A stretch of 45,390 nucleotides of DNA from assembly GCA_031425655.1 (NCBI GenBank), contig JANPJS010000026.1:1-45390 (forward strand), given 5' to 3'. Within the stretch, counting starts at the first letter, position 1. Each line of letters starts with the position of its first letter. Source of the DNA: Abditibacteriaceae bacterium. GTDB lineage: Bacteria > Armatimonadota > Abditibacteriia > Abditibacteriales > Abditibacteriaceae. The position numbers and the translations under genes were made by a program. The notes under the pieces were generated by a model, which saw only the letters and a program-made list of their open reading frames with translations, was not told the DNA's origin and did not search any database. Below, one piece after another: positions 34,962 through 42,724 of this stretch.

Positions 34962-36911
34962 ATGCACTTCATCATCGGCACCGCCGGGCACGTTGACCAC
35001 GGCAAAACCACGCTTATTCGCGCGCTCACCGGCATCGAAACCGACCGTTTACGCGAAGAAAAAGAGCGCGGTTTGTCTATTGTGCCCGGTTTCGCCCATC
35101 TCACGTTGCCGCCGATTGCCAAAGGCGCCGAGCGCATAGTGGGAATCGTAGACGTGCCGGGTCACGAGCGCTTTTTGAAAAATATGCTGTCGGGCATCGC
35201 GGGTGTGGACGTAGCGATGTTAGTCGTGGCCGCCGACGAGGGCGTCATGCCGCAAACGATGGAACACTTGCGCGTGCTGGAATTGCTGCGCATCCGGCGC
35301 GGCGTGCTGGTGCTGACGAAGTGCGATGCGGTGGACGAGGAATGGCTGGCTTTGGCGCGCGAAGATGTGCGGACGCGCTTGAAAGACACGCTTTTTGGCG
35401 CTGTGCCGCTGATCGAGGTTTCGGCGCAAAGCGGCGCCGGGTTAGAAGAATTAAAGCGGATTTTGGCTCGTTTGTGTCACGAACTCGAATCCGAATCCAA
35501 GAAACTCAATAATGAACGTCCTTTCCGCTTGGCCATTGATCGCGCCTTTACAGTCAGCGGCTTCGGCACAGTCGTGACGGGTTCAGCGGCAGATGGCACC
35601 GTGACGGTCGGCGATAACCTCGATGTGTGGCGACCGGGCCGCGAACGGCCCCAAACGGCGCGGGTGCGCGGTGTCGAAGTGCATGGCAGCGCGGCTTTAT
35701 GCGCCGAGCGCGGCCAGCGCACGGCTCTCAATTTAGCCGGCACCGACTTGGACGAAGCCTCGCGTGGCGGCACCCTCGCTCATCCGGGAACGCTGCGCGC
35801 GGTTCGTCAAATCGAAGTGTCGCTGCAATGCGTTTCCGACGCGCCGCGCGCCTTGAAAGACAAAGCGCCGCTGCGTTTGCACTTCGCCACCAGCGAACTC
35901 GAAGCGCGTTTGTCGCTGCACTCCGGCACACGCTTGCAGCCGGGCGAAGAAAGTTATGCGCGCCTGCACTTAGACGCGCCACTGGCGTGTGCGCGCGGCG
36001 ACCGCTTCGTGCTGCGCGAAGTCGCTACCGAGCGTGTGGTCGGTGGCGGTTTGGTTTTAGATTTGGTGACAGGCGCGGCGCGTTTGCCACGCTCGCGGGC
36101 GCTGGAGTTTTTGCAACCTTTGCACCACGCTGTCGAGAAAAATGACGATATTTCCATCACGCAGATTTTGCTGCGGCGTGCCGGCGCGGCAGGAATGGAA
36201 CTGGCGCATTTGAAACTGGAATTGCGTCGTCTCGACTTAACATTTGTGCTGCAATCGCAGCCAAGCGTGCTGTGGCGCAGCAACGCGGGCGACGACGCGA
36301 TTCTGCTTCATGCCCAAGTCGCAAACGAACTGCGTGAACGCATCACGCAAACGCTCGGTGACTTTCACGCGCGCGAACCGCTGCAAAGCGCGATGAACCG
36401 TGAAGTTCTGCGCGCTACTCTGCCGCCGCAACTGCCGAGCGTCGTATTCGATGCGCTATTAACCGCGTTAGCGTCTGCCGGAAAAATCGCTCTCGAAGCT
36501 GCCGGCGCGCGTTTGGCGAACCATAAAATAACGCTGAAGGAAGACGAAGCGCATCTTAAAAAGCGCATCGAAGATTTGGCCTTTCAAGCGGCATTTCAGC
36601 CCTTGACCGCCGATGAATTAGTCGCCGGAGCCACGCAAAACGCCTCCGAAAGCGAGATGGCGCGTCAATTATGCTTCGCTTTGCTGCGTGACGGCACTTT
36701 AATCCGAGTCGGCGACTTCGCCCTTTCTGCGCGACGGTTGGAAGAAGGCACGATTTTGCTGCGAACACATCTTCAGGAACATTCCACGCTCAGCGTGGCG
36801 CAGGCGCGCGAGGTTTTGAACTCGACGCGAAAATGGCTGGTGCCGCTCTTGGAACACTACGACCGCATCGGCGTGACGCGGCGCAGCGGCGACGTGCGAA
36901 TTCTGCGCTGA
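34962..36911 (+). CDS. selB: Selenocysteine-specific translation elongation factor
   Basis: IIGTAGHVDHGKT, DRLREEKERGLSI, DVPGHERFLKNM, IDRAFTVSGFGTVVTG; C-terminal winged helix STRKWLVPLLEHYD...TRRSGDVR. Confidence 0.95.
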   Translation: MHFIIGTAGHVDHGKTTLIRALTGIETDRLREEKERGLSIVPGFAHLTLPPIAKGAERIVGIVDVPGHERFLKNMLSGIAGVDVAMLVVAADEGVMPQTMEHLRVLELLRIRRGVLVLTKCDAVDEEWLALAREDVRTRLKDTLFGAVPLIEVSAQSGAGLEELKRILARLCHELESESKKLNNERPFRLAIDRAFTVSGFGTVVTGSAADGTVTVGDNLDVWRPGRERPQTARVRGVEVHGSAALCAERGQRTALNLAGTDLDEASRGGTLAHPGTLRAVRQIEVSLQCVSDAPRALKDKAPLRLHFATSELEARLSLHSGTRLQPGEESYARLHLDAPLACARGDRFVLREVATERVVGGGLVLDLVTGAARLPRSRALEFLQPLHHAVEKNDDISITQILLRRAGAAGMELAHLKLELRRLDLTFVLQSQPSVLWRSNAGDDAILLHAQVANELRERITQTLGDFHAREPLQSAMNREVLRATLPPQLPSVVFDALLTALASAGKIALEAAGARLANHKITLKEDEAHLKKRIEDLAFQAAFQPLTADELVAGATQNASESEMARQLCFALLRDGTLIRVGDFALSARRLEEGTILLRTHLQEHSTLSVAQAREVLNSTRKWLVPLLEHYDRIGVTRRSGDVRILR

Positions 36912-36992
36912 CTCCAAAGTCGGAACGGGATTTGCGAAAGGCCAGTGTCGCCCATCCAATGCGCTTCGAGCGCCGGGGGCAGGGAGAAAACG

Positions 36993-37760
36993 ATGAGCGA
37001 TACACCTTTTGATCGGGATTTGAACGACACGACGGACGCACACCTGCCGGCCTCGGAAGTGGCGGGCGCGCACGACAGCGACGGAACTCTGGGCCGCGTG
37101 TCCGGCACCGGCTCCGGCGCGATTTCCGGCGGCATCATCGGCGCTGCGATGGGCGGGCCGATTGGTGCCGTCATCGGGGCCGTCGCCGGCGGCGCGTTAG
37201 GCGCTGCAGCCGGTGATGCGGCGCATCACATGGGCGATGACCACGACGATGTCAACGTCGAAACCGGCAGCGACGGCGAATTGGGACGCAACGCCGGGGC
37301 TGGTGCGGGCGGACTTTCCGGCGCGATTGTGGGCGGCGCAGCAGCCGGGCCGATTGGTGCTGTAGTTGGCGGAGTGGCGGGCGGTATGCTCGGCGCTGGT
37401 GCTGGTGACAGTGCTAAAGACATGGATGGCTCTACGGATGACGCGGTCACGGACGCGCCGCTTTACGCTTCCAGCGGCCCTTCGTTTTCGGGAGGCACCG
37501 AAGTTTCCGGCACGCCCGCAGTTTTGCCGGGAAGCGCCGGAATGACGACCGGTTTGCCGGGCATGGCTTTCCCGGTCACGGTGCCTGCGGACAACCCGGA
37601 TTACAATCCGGGACTGCCCTCGGAAAGCGCCGATGCCGACACGCGCGGCACGATGGAACGCCTCGCGGATGCCGCAACCGGCGATGCTGTGGACGATAAT
37701 ACAGGCCGCGTCGTTACTGATGCCGATGGCCGTCCTCTGACGACGCCACGCACGTTTTAA
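36993..37760 (+). CDS. Acidic protein with two tandem glycine-zipper segments
   Basis: SD GGGAGA. Duplicated DG.LGR..G.G.G..SG.I.G....GPIGAV.G.VAGG.LGA.AGD.A motif. Confidence 0.8.
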   Translation: MSDTPFDRDLNDTTDAHLPASEVAGAHDSDGTLGRVSGTGSGAISGGIIGAAMGGPIGAVIGAVAGGALGAAAGDAAHHMGDDHDDVNVETGSDGELGRNAGAGAGGLSGAIVGGAAAGPIGAVVGGVAGGMLGAGAGDSAKDMDGSTDDAVTDAPLYASSGPSFSGGTEVSGTPAVLPGSAGMTTGLPGMAFPVTVPADNPDYNPGLPSESADADTRGTMERLADAATGDAVDDNTGRVVTDADGRPLTTPRTF

Positions 37761-37775
37761 GTAAATGAGTCGAAG

Positions 37776-37809
37776 AAAAAGGAGCAAGCTTTATGCTTGC
37801 TCCTTTTTT
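37776..37809. terminator. Bidirectional intrinsic terminator
   Basis: AAAAA-GGAGCAAGC-TTTAT-GCTTGCTCC-TTTTTT between convergent genes. Confidence 0.85.
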
Positions 37810-37921
37810 GTTTAGGTGTTTTTCAATGTCGCCGAGTGCGGAAGCCAAAGTGAGGGACGAGCGCTGAGATATTGACAGCCGTATGTAGAGTCTCGTTAGG
37901 TTGCTGTTGATGGCCTTCGAT

Positions 37922-38395
37922 TTACAGGAGTGAACCATCTAAATCAGCTTTGATTTGTGCTATACGTTCTTCCAAATCTTCAACGTAATCTTCGGGAACA
38001 TTCTCCTTACGACATTGATTCCAAAAACGCGCCGCCTGAAAGACGAACTCATAACTTAGCTCTAACGATTTCAATATATCCGTCCAAAACGCTTTACGTA
38101 TTTCAGGTGGATGACATGGCCCATCACGCCCATCCTCAAACCTATCAGGCACGACGACCATTAAATCATACGAATTAATCCCTAATGCTTGTGCTTTGGC
38201 TTCATGCGCCTTACGTTCATCCCAGTTATCGAACCAGTGTTCACCAACATCGTTATCCATCGTAAACAATCGACCAATCCAGACAACCGGATGCCACTCA
38301 GTTAAGTTCAGTCGGTCGTTCAATTTGCTGAACTCATCTGTAACCAAAAACGCATCAAGTTCTTCGATATATTTGAACACGCGGATATTGGGCAT
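37922..38395 (-). CDS. Hypothetical protein, AT-richer than flanks
   Basis: 157 aa from ATG 38395 (MPNIRVFKY...), Trp/acidic-rich. TAAAAT lies 7 nt upstream. Confidence 0.7.
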   Translation of the reverse strand: MPNIRVFKYIEELDAFLVTDEFSKLNDRLNLTEWHPVVWIGRLFTMDNDVGEHWFDNWDERKAHEAKAQALGINSYDLMVVVPDRFEDGRDGPCHPPEIRKAFWTDILKSLELSYEFVFQAARFWNQCRKENVPEDYVEDLEERIAQIKADLDGSLL

Positions 38396-38482
38396 AGCAT
38401 CTATTTTACAGAATTGCCTTTTCTCTTCGCTTTCGGGTGACGTGATGTATTCGCCTTGTAAACAGGTCGTGAAACGACCTTG

Positions 38483-38518
38483 AAAAACAGCCCGCATCTT
38501 TCGATGCGGGCTGTTTTT
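38483..38518. terminator. Intrinsic terminator for the upstream minus-strand genes
   Basis: AAAAACAGCCCGCATC-TTTC-GATGCGGGCTGTTTTT perfect stem with A/T tails. Confidence 0.85.
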
Positions 38519-38804
38519 AGTCTTCGGCGCTTTCGGTTGGTTCGGCGTCGTCGCCGCTGACTGGTGCCGAAGAGCCTTGTTCCGGGTTAGCCGCTGAAGG
38601 CCGGAGATGCTGGGTCTGCGATTCGACGACGCCTGCCACCTGGCGCCTTTCCATGCGCCCTTCGCCACGACGCTGATCGTTCAAATCATCCAATCGCGCG
38701 CCGGCATCTTGTTTTTCGGTGCGTTCGCCGCCTGTTACATCGGCGCCGGCGGGGGCGGGCATTTCCTGCGCGGTGTTTTTCGTGCCTCCGGTTGTGTCTT
38801 GCAT
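38517..38804 (-). CDS. Small hydrophilic, probably disordered protein
   Basis: SD AAGGAA; 95 aa, charged/Gly/Ala-rich; co-oriented immediately downstream of the PRC-barrel gene. Confidence 0.65.
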   Translation of the reverse strand: MQDTTGGTKNTAQEMPAPAGADVTGGERTEKQDAGARLDDLNDQRRGEGRMERRQVAGVVESQTQHLRPSAANPEQGSSAPVSGDDAEPTESAED

Positions 38805-38819
38805 GGTATTCCTTTCGTT

Positions 38820-40223
38820 TCAGGGCTGCGGCATCGTCACGGTTTCAACTACGACGGGCGAGGGCGGAATAATCGTGGCGGCGTCCAACAAAACGTCCAA
38901 TAAACCGGCTTCGCGGGCGCGTTCGATGGCCGAATGCGTGATAATCTCGCCTTCGACGACAATCGGGCTGTCGTTGCGATCTAAAACGGTGCGCGCGGCG
39001 TGCAAACCGGCAGCCGCATCAATGCGTTTTTGCAAGGCGAGTTGCTCTTGCTCTTCGCGCTTAATTTGCGTGCTGCCGCCCCACTCCTCGACGCGCTCTT
39101 TCATCGTAGCGAAGAGGTCGGTCGCTTGCTCGCGCGCGGTTTCGACACCACGTTGCGCCGCGCCCAATCCCGCCGCCGCGATGAGTTCGTTTTCCTGTTC
39201 CAAAACGCGCGCTTCAGCCATAACTTCATCAGTGATGATTTCGCCTTGAGCGATAAGAACAGAGCCGTCAGCGCGCGAAACGGTGCGACCCGCCGCTTGG
39301 CCGATGGCTGCCGCCGAAGCTTTAGCTTGCACGTTCTGTATCGGCCCGGCGCCTTCACGCGGCCCCGAAAGCCTGTCTTTGGTGGTCGTATAAGTTGAAG
39401 CGGCTGTCGCTTCGATGGCAGACAGCGTCAGCGCGCCCAAAATGCCGGTTTCGCGGGCGCGCAACGCCATTTCCGGCGTGATAACCTCGCCGATATGCGC
39501 CAGCACGTCGCTTTGGCCTGCGACGACTTCATTGGCAGGCAATTTCACTTCTCGCCCGGCGACACGGCCCGTCACCCATTCCTGCTGTCGCTCCGCCGAA
39601 GCGTGCGAAACCTGTGAATACAGTTGCTCAGCGCGTTCGCGGGCGCCGCCGACTAAGTTCTGAAAACGCTCGTTTGCGGCAATCGTCGTCTGGTGCCAGC
39701 TTCCGTCTTGAAACGAGCGCGGTTCCATTTGCTTGGCGGCTTCGGGCGGCACGAAAGCCACGTCTTTACCGATTTGCACACTGTCCACTGCCGGCATGAA
39801 TCGCTTGCCGCGCAGGGTGTCGGACATAAAACCGCCGGACACTTCGTAGCCCACGACGTGGCCGCTGCCTTCGTCAATGAAAACGTCGGCCATAGTGCCG
39901 AGCATCTGGCCGTCCGTAGTCATAATGCGCGTGCCGGCCAATGAGGTTTGGCGCTGCGCCACTTCGCTGATGCGCTCGTCGTCGCCGGCCTTGATCTTCG
40001 AGGCCGCGCTTTGCACGATAATCGCGTGCGGCCCCACCGAAACGACTTCGCGCCACGGCACGACCTGAGACTGGATGAAGCCGAATAATTCCTTTTCCGC
40101 AAGCACGATGGCGATGAGTTCATTGGCGTCGTGATCGAAAATTAAGTCGCGCGCTTTGCCCAAAGCGACGCCGTCGCTTTGAGAAACGATATTGAGTCCG
40201 ACGAGTGTTTGTGCCTTCCGCAT
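38820..40223 (-). CDS. PRC-barrel domain protein
   Basis: ATG 40223 after AAGGAG. Two PRC barrels (LVGLNIVSQSDGVALGKARDLIFD...VPWREVVSVGPHAIIV; LAGTRIMTTDGQMLGTMADVFID...GYEVSGG) plus three C-terminal repeats (G..A.R.V...G.VL...GEIIT....RARE.G.L). Confidence 0.85.
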   Translation of the reverse strand: MRKAQTLVGLNIVSQSDGVALGKARDLIFDHDANELIAIVLAEKELFGFIQSQVVPWREVVSVGPHAIIVQSAASKIKAGDDERISEVAQRQTSLAGTRIMTTDGQMLGTMADVFIDEGSGHVVGYEVSGGFMSDTLRGKRFMPAVDSVQIGKDVAFVPPEAAKQMEPRSFQDGSWHQTTIAANERFQNLVGGARERAEQLYSQVSHASAERQQEWVTGRVAGREVKLPANEVVAGQSDVLAHIGEVITPEMALRARETGILGALTLSAIEATAASTYTTTKDRLSGPREGAGPIQNVQAKASAAAIGQAAGRTVSRADGSVLIAQGEIITDEVMAEARVLEQENELIAAAGLGAAQRGVETAREQATDLFATMKERVEEWGGSTQIKREEQEQLALQKRIDAAAGLHAARTVLDRNDSPIVVEGEIITHSAIERAREAGLLDVLLDAATIIPPSPVVVETVTMPQP

Positions 40224-40290
40224 GGTTGGCTCCTTGAAGTGTGACAAGTGAATGTGCGCCGCAGTAAACGGCAAATGAAGGGCCAACTCA

Positions 40291-40321
40291 AGTGCGGAGT
40301 GACGAGTGCGGAATGCGGAGT
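40291..40321. repeat. Short 7-mer tandem repeat (AGTGCGG-type x4)
   Basis: AGTGCGG AGTGACG AGTGCGG AATGCGG AGT. Confidence 0.6.
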
Positions 40322-40331
40322 TTTCTGGTTT

Positions 40332-40526
40332 TAAGAGACAGTCTAAAAGTGGGCGGCGTGGCTCCTCTCCCCTTTTGGGGAGACGGGCGCCCTCTGGGCA
40401 GGTGGTGAGGGGTCGAACCGCGAAGCGGTTCTTAAAACAGGAGGAGAAGAGCCGCTTCGCGGCTTGACCCCTCACCCTAACCCTCTCCCCAAAAGGGGAG
40501 AGGGGACTTTCCAGACAGCTTCTAAG
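40332..40526. mobile_element. MITE/REP-like element, same family as 32380-32530, opposite orientation
   Basis: Ends TAAGAGACAGTCTAAAAGTGG and GGACTTTCCAGACAGCTTCTAAG. Long internal IR CTCTCCCCTTTTGGGGAGA...GGTGAGGGGTC / GACCCCTCACC...CTCTCCCCAAAAGGGGAGAG. The end overlaps the TAG of the L,D-transpeptidase gene. Confidence 0.75.
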
Positions 40527-41334
40527 GCCGAATAAGAACCGGCGTGCCGAATTTCGTGGCCGCGAAGAGTTCTGCGATTTCTTTATCGGTGAGCGCAACG
40601 CAGCCGGCAGTCCAATCGGGGCTGCTTCGCTCCTGCATTTTGCGTTGCGCGAATTTTCCGCCCGTGCCGCCGTGGATGCCGACCCAGCCGCCTAATCGGG
40701 TGCGCCACAACGGCGCGCCGCGCGCTGCCAAGCGTTGCCGAATGATTTGATATTCGCGCCACGAAATGACTTTCGAGTTCACAGCGCGTGTGGCGTCGGG
40801 CAAAGCCGGGTAACTGAGGCCGAGAAATATGTGAAACGCCGAATCTTTGGCGTTGCGCGAGCAAAGATAAAACTGGCCTTCGGGCGTGCGTCCGTCGCCC
40901 TGCGCTTGCTTGTGGCCTGCAGGGTTGGAGCCAAGCGCCGCGCGATAGGTTTTCACCAGAACCTCGCCATTAAACAATTCCAGCGTGCGTTGCGCTTTAG
41001 TGACCACAATGCGCGCTTGAGGCAAGGGAAGCGGCAGTTTCAAGCGCGTTATCGCAGCGCGCAGCGATTCCGCAGGTTTTGCAGTCGGCGTGGCGGTGGG
41101 TGTCGGGAGCGGGGTGGGAACGGGAATGTCGGCGCTCGATGGAACTTGCAGCGCGATGCTGGGAGCCGGCGGCAGGAGTTCGATGACGCGGCGTGCGTTT
41201 TCCATGTCGCATGACTCTGTCGGCAGCGCGTTATCCTGCGCGTGCAGAGCAGAAGGCGACAAACCGCCTGCGAAAAGGAAAACAAGGCCGCCTGCGACGC
41301 AAAGCGCACGCAGGCGGGAATGAGAATACATCAT
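40522..41334 (-). CDS. L,D-transpeptidase (YkuD domain) exported protein
   Basis: Signal peptide, PT-rich linker, IVVTKAQRTL, GDGRTPEG, LSYP, catalytic GIHG...WTAGCVAL. Confidence 0.9.
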   Translation of the reverse strand: MMYSHSRLRALCVAGGLVFLFAGGLSPSALHAQDNALPTESCDMENARRVIELLPPAPSIALQVPSSADIPVPTPLPTPTATPTAKPAESLRAAITRLKLPLPLPQARIVVTKAQRTLELFNGEVLVKTYRAALGSNPAGHKQAQGDGRTPEGQFYLCSRNAKDSAFHIFLGLSYPALPDATRAVNSKVISWREYQIIRQRLAARGAPLWRTRLGGWVGIHGGTGGKFAQRKMQERSSPDWTAGCVALTDKEIAELFAATKFGTPVLIRP

Positions 41335-41351
41335 ACGACGTGTCGAATGCT

Positions 41352-41621
41352 TTAAAACGGTGCCTGACGAGCTTTCAAGGCTTTGGAAAAGATGCGGCGC
41401 AGCTTTTCTTCGGTAATCGGGTTGGTGGCGCGATTGCCGCCGTCCACGGTAATGACGGGAATGTGATCGCTTAACCGCTCTTTGAGCGCCGGATCGTCGT
41501 CAATATCCACTTCTTCGACGAGAAATTCATAGTCGTCACGAAGCGATTCCATTTGCAGCAAGGCGGTTTCGCATAACTGGCATCCGGTGCGGCTGTAAAG
41601 ACGAACGTGCAGGGTATACAT
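41352..41621 (-). CDS. Glutaredoxin-like protein (DUF836 type)
   Basis: LYSRTGCQLCE (CxxC), EVDID, IPVITVDG. Confidence 0.85.
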   Translation of the reverse strand: MYTLHVRLYSRTGCQLCETALLQMESLRDDYEFLVEEVDIDDDPALKERLSDHIPVITVDGGNRATNPITEEKLRRIFSKALKARQAPF

Positions 41622-41624
41622 GGT

Positions 41625-42284
41625 TCATTTGCCTTTGCCGCGCAGGATGATTACTTTTTTCAACGTGTCGTCCTGGCGCAGCTTGAGCACGACATCTTTG
41701 CCCGCCACGACTTTGCCGAACACGGTATAACCGCCGCCCGACGTGTCGAGAAAGTAAGTGGGGTCGAAGGTGATGTAAAACTGGCTGCCCGCCGAATTGG
41801 GGTCGCTGGTGCGCGCAGCAGCGAGAACCATTGAGTCGTGCTTGAGATTGTTGTTTTCGCGCGGGACTTCGTAGCCCGGCCCGCCCATGCCGGCGAATTG
41901 GCGCGTGGTCGGCACTTTGGTCAACGGGTCGCCGCCTTGAATGATGCGGCCTTGTCCCGGCCCGATCAGTTCGGCGAAACGGTGAAACGAAGTCTTGTCA
42001 TAAAACCCGATTTTCGCCAGATTGAGGAAGCTTTTGACGTGCATCGGTGCGGCGCTGCCGTCGAGTTCGATGACGATGCCGCCTTTGGACGTTTCAAGGC
42101 GCACACGCGCTTTGGCGGGCGCTTTGGCCGACGCAGAAGGCGGCGCGACTTTGACGTGCGCCAAAGCGCGGCTCAGTGCTTCGGGCATTCCCGGTTTGAC
42201 CGGGTTTACGACGCGGTAACTGGCGGCGAAAACCGCGCCGGCCAGCGCGCAAGTGAGAGGTAAGGCGATGAGAAAGCGTTTCAT
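41625..42284 (-). CDS. Cyclophilin-type peptidyl-prolyl cis-trans isomerase with signal peptide
   Basis: Start MKRFLIAL at 42284. LETSKG.I, FYDKTSFHR, IIQGGDP, GGPGY, AARTSDPNSAGSQFYI, GYTVFGKV. Confidence 0.92.
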   Translation of the reverse strand: MKRFLIALPLTCALAGAVFAASYRVVNPVKPGMPEALSRALAHVKVAPPSASAKAPAKARVRLETSKGGIVIELDGSAAPMHVKSFLNLAKIGFYDKTSFHRFAELIGPGQGRIIQGGDPLTKVPTTRQFAGMGGPGYEVPRENNNLKHDSMVLAAARTSDPNSAGSQFYITFDPTYFLDTSGGGYTVFGKVVAGKDVVLKLRQDDTLKKVIILRGKGK

Positions 42285-42292
42285 AACTAAAT

Positions 42293-42523
42293 TCAGGCAG
42301 CGGGCGGTTCTTCGTCCGTGACGACGACTTCGACCGGCTTTTCCGGCGTTGTCCACAGCGCCGGAGCGTTGCGGCGATAGCGATCCAGGCCGTAGCAATC
42401 GCGGCACATGATGTTGTTCAGTTCAAAAGGAACGTGGCGCAGTTCGCGTCCACATTGTCCGCAGTGCGCCCGTGTGACTTGATAGGCGGGGCGGTTTTCC
42501 TGCAAAAGAGGCTTGTCGGCCAT
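42293..42523 (-). CDS. Small Zn-finger protein (CxxC-x15-CxxC)
   Basis: ATG 42523 after GGGGAG; CGQC...CRDC; 76 aa. Confidence 0.7.
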   Translation of the reverse strand: MADKPLLQENRPAYQVTRAHCGQCGRELRHVPFELNNIMCRDCYGLDRYRRNAPALWTTPEKPVEVVVTDEEPPAA

Positions 42524-42724
42524 AGATAATTCTCCCCGGCAGTGTTCGAAAAACGTCCGGCTTCGCGCTGGCCGGCGCCGCGAAGCCTTTTTGATTATAC
42601 CGGCTCGCACCGCGCCGGTCACGACTTTCTTCGCTGAAATCACAGCCAAAACCAATTTTTTGTGTCATAAATAAGTCATTCGATTCGTTACTGTGCAACA
42701 AAATATTCTTGAAGGAAAGACCTG

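Noticed and set aside
36912..36992. Possible tRNA-Sec or SECIS element after selB
   Set aside because: No cloverleaf, T-loop or TCA anticodon arm is recognisable; the selB TGA falls at the normal C-terminus.
38396..38668. N-terminal extension of ORF 37922..38668
   Set aside because: It crosses a terminator and overlaps the 38517..38804 gene; composition and the -10 box support ATG 38395.
40224..40598. 125-aa N-terminal extension of the PRC-barrel ORF in the ORF track
   Set aside because: It runs through the MITE-like element and overlaps the L,D-transpeptidase gene; a strong SD supports ATG 40223.
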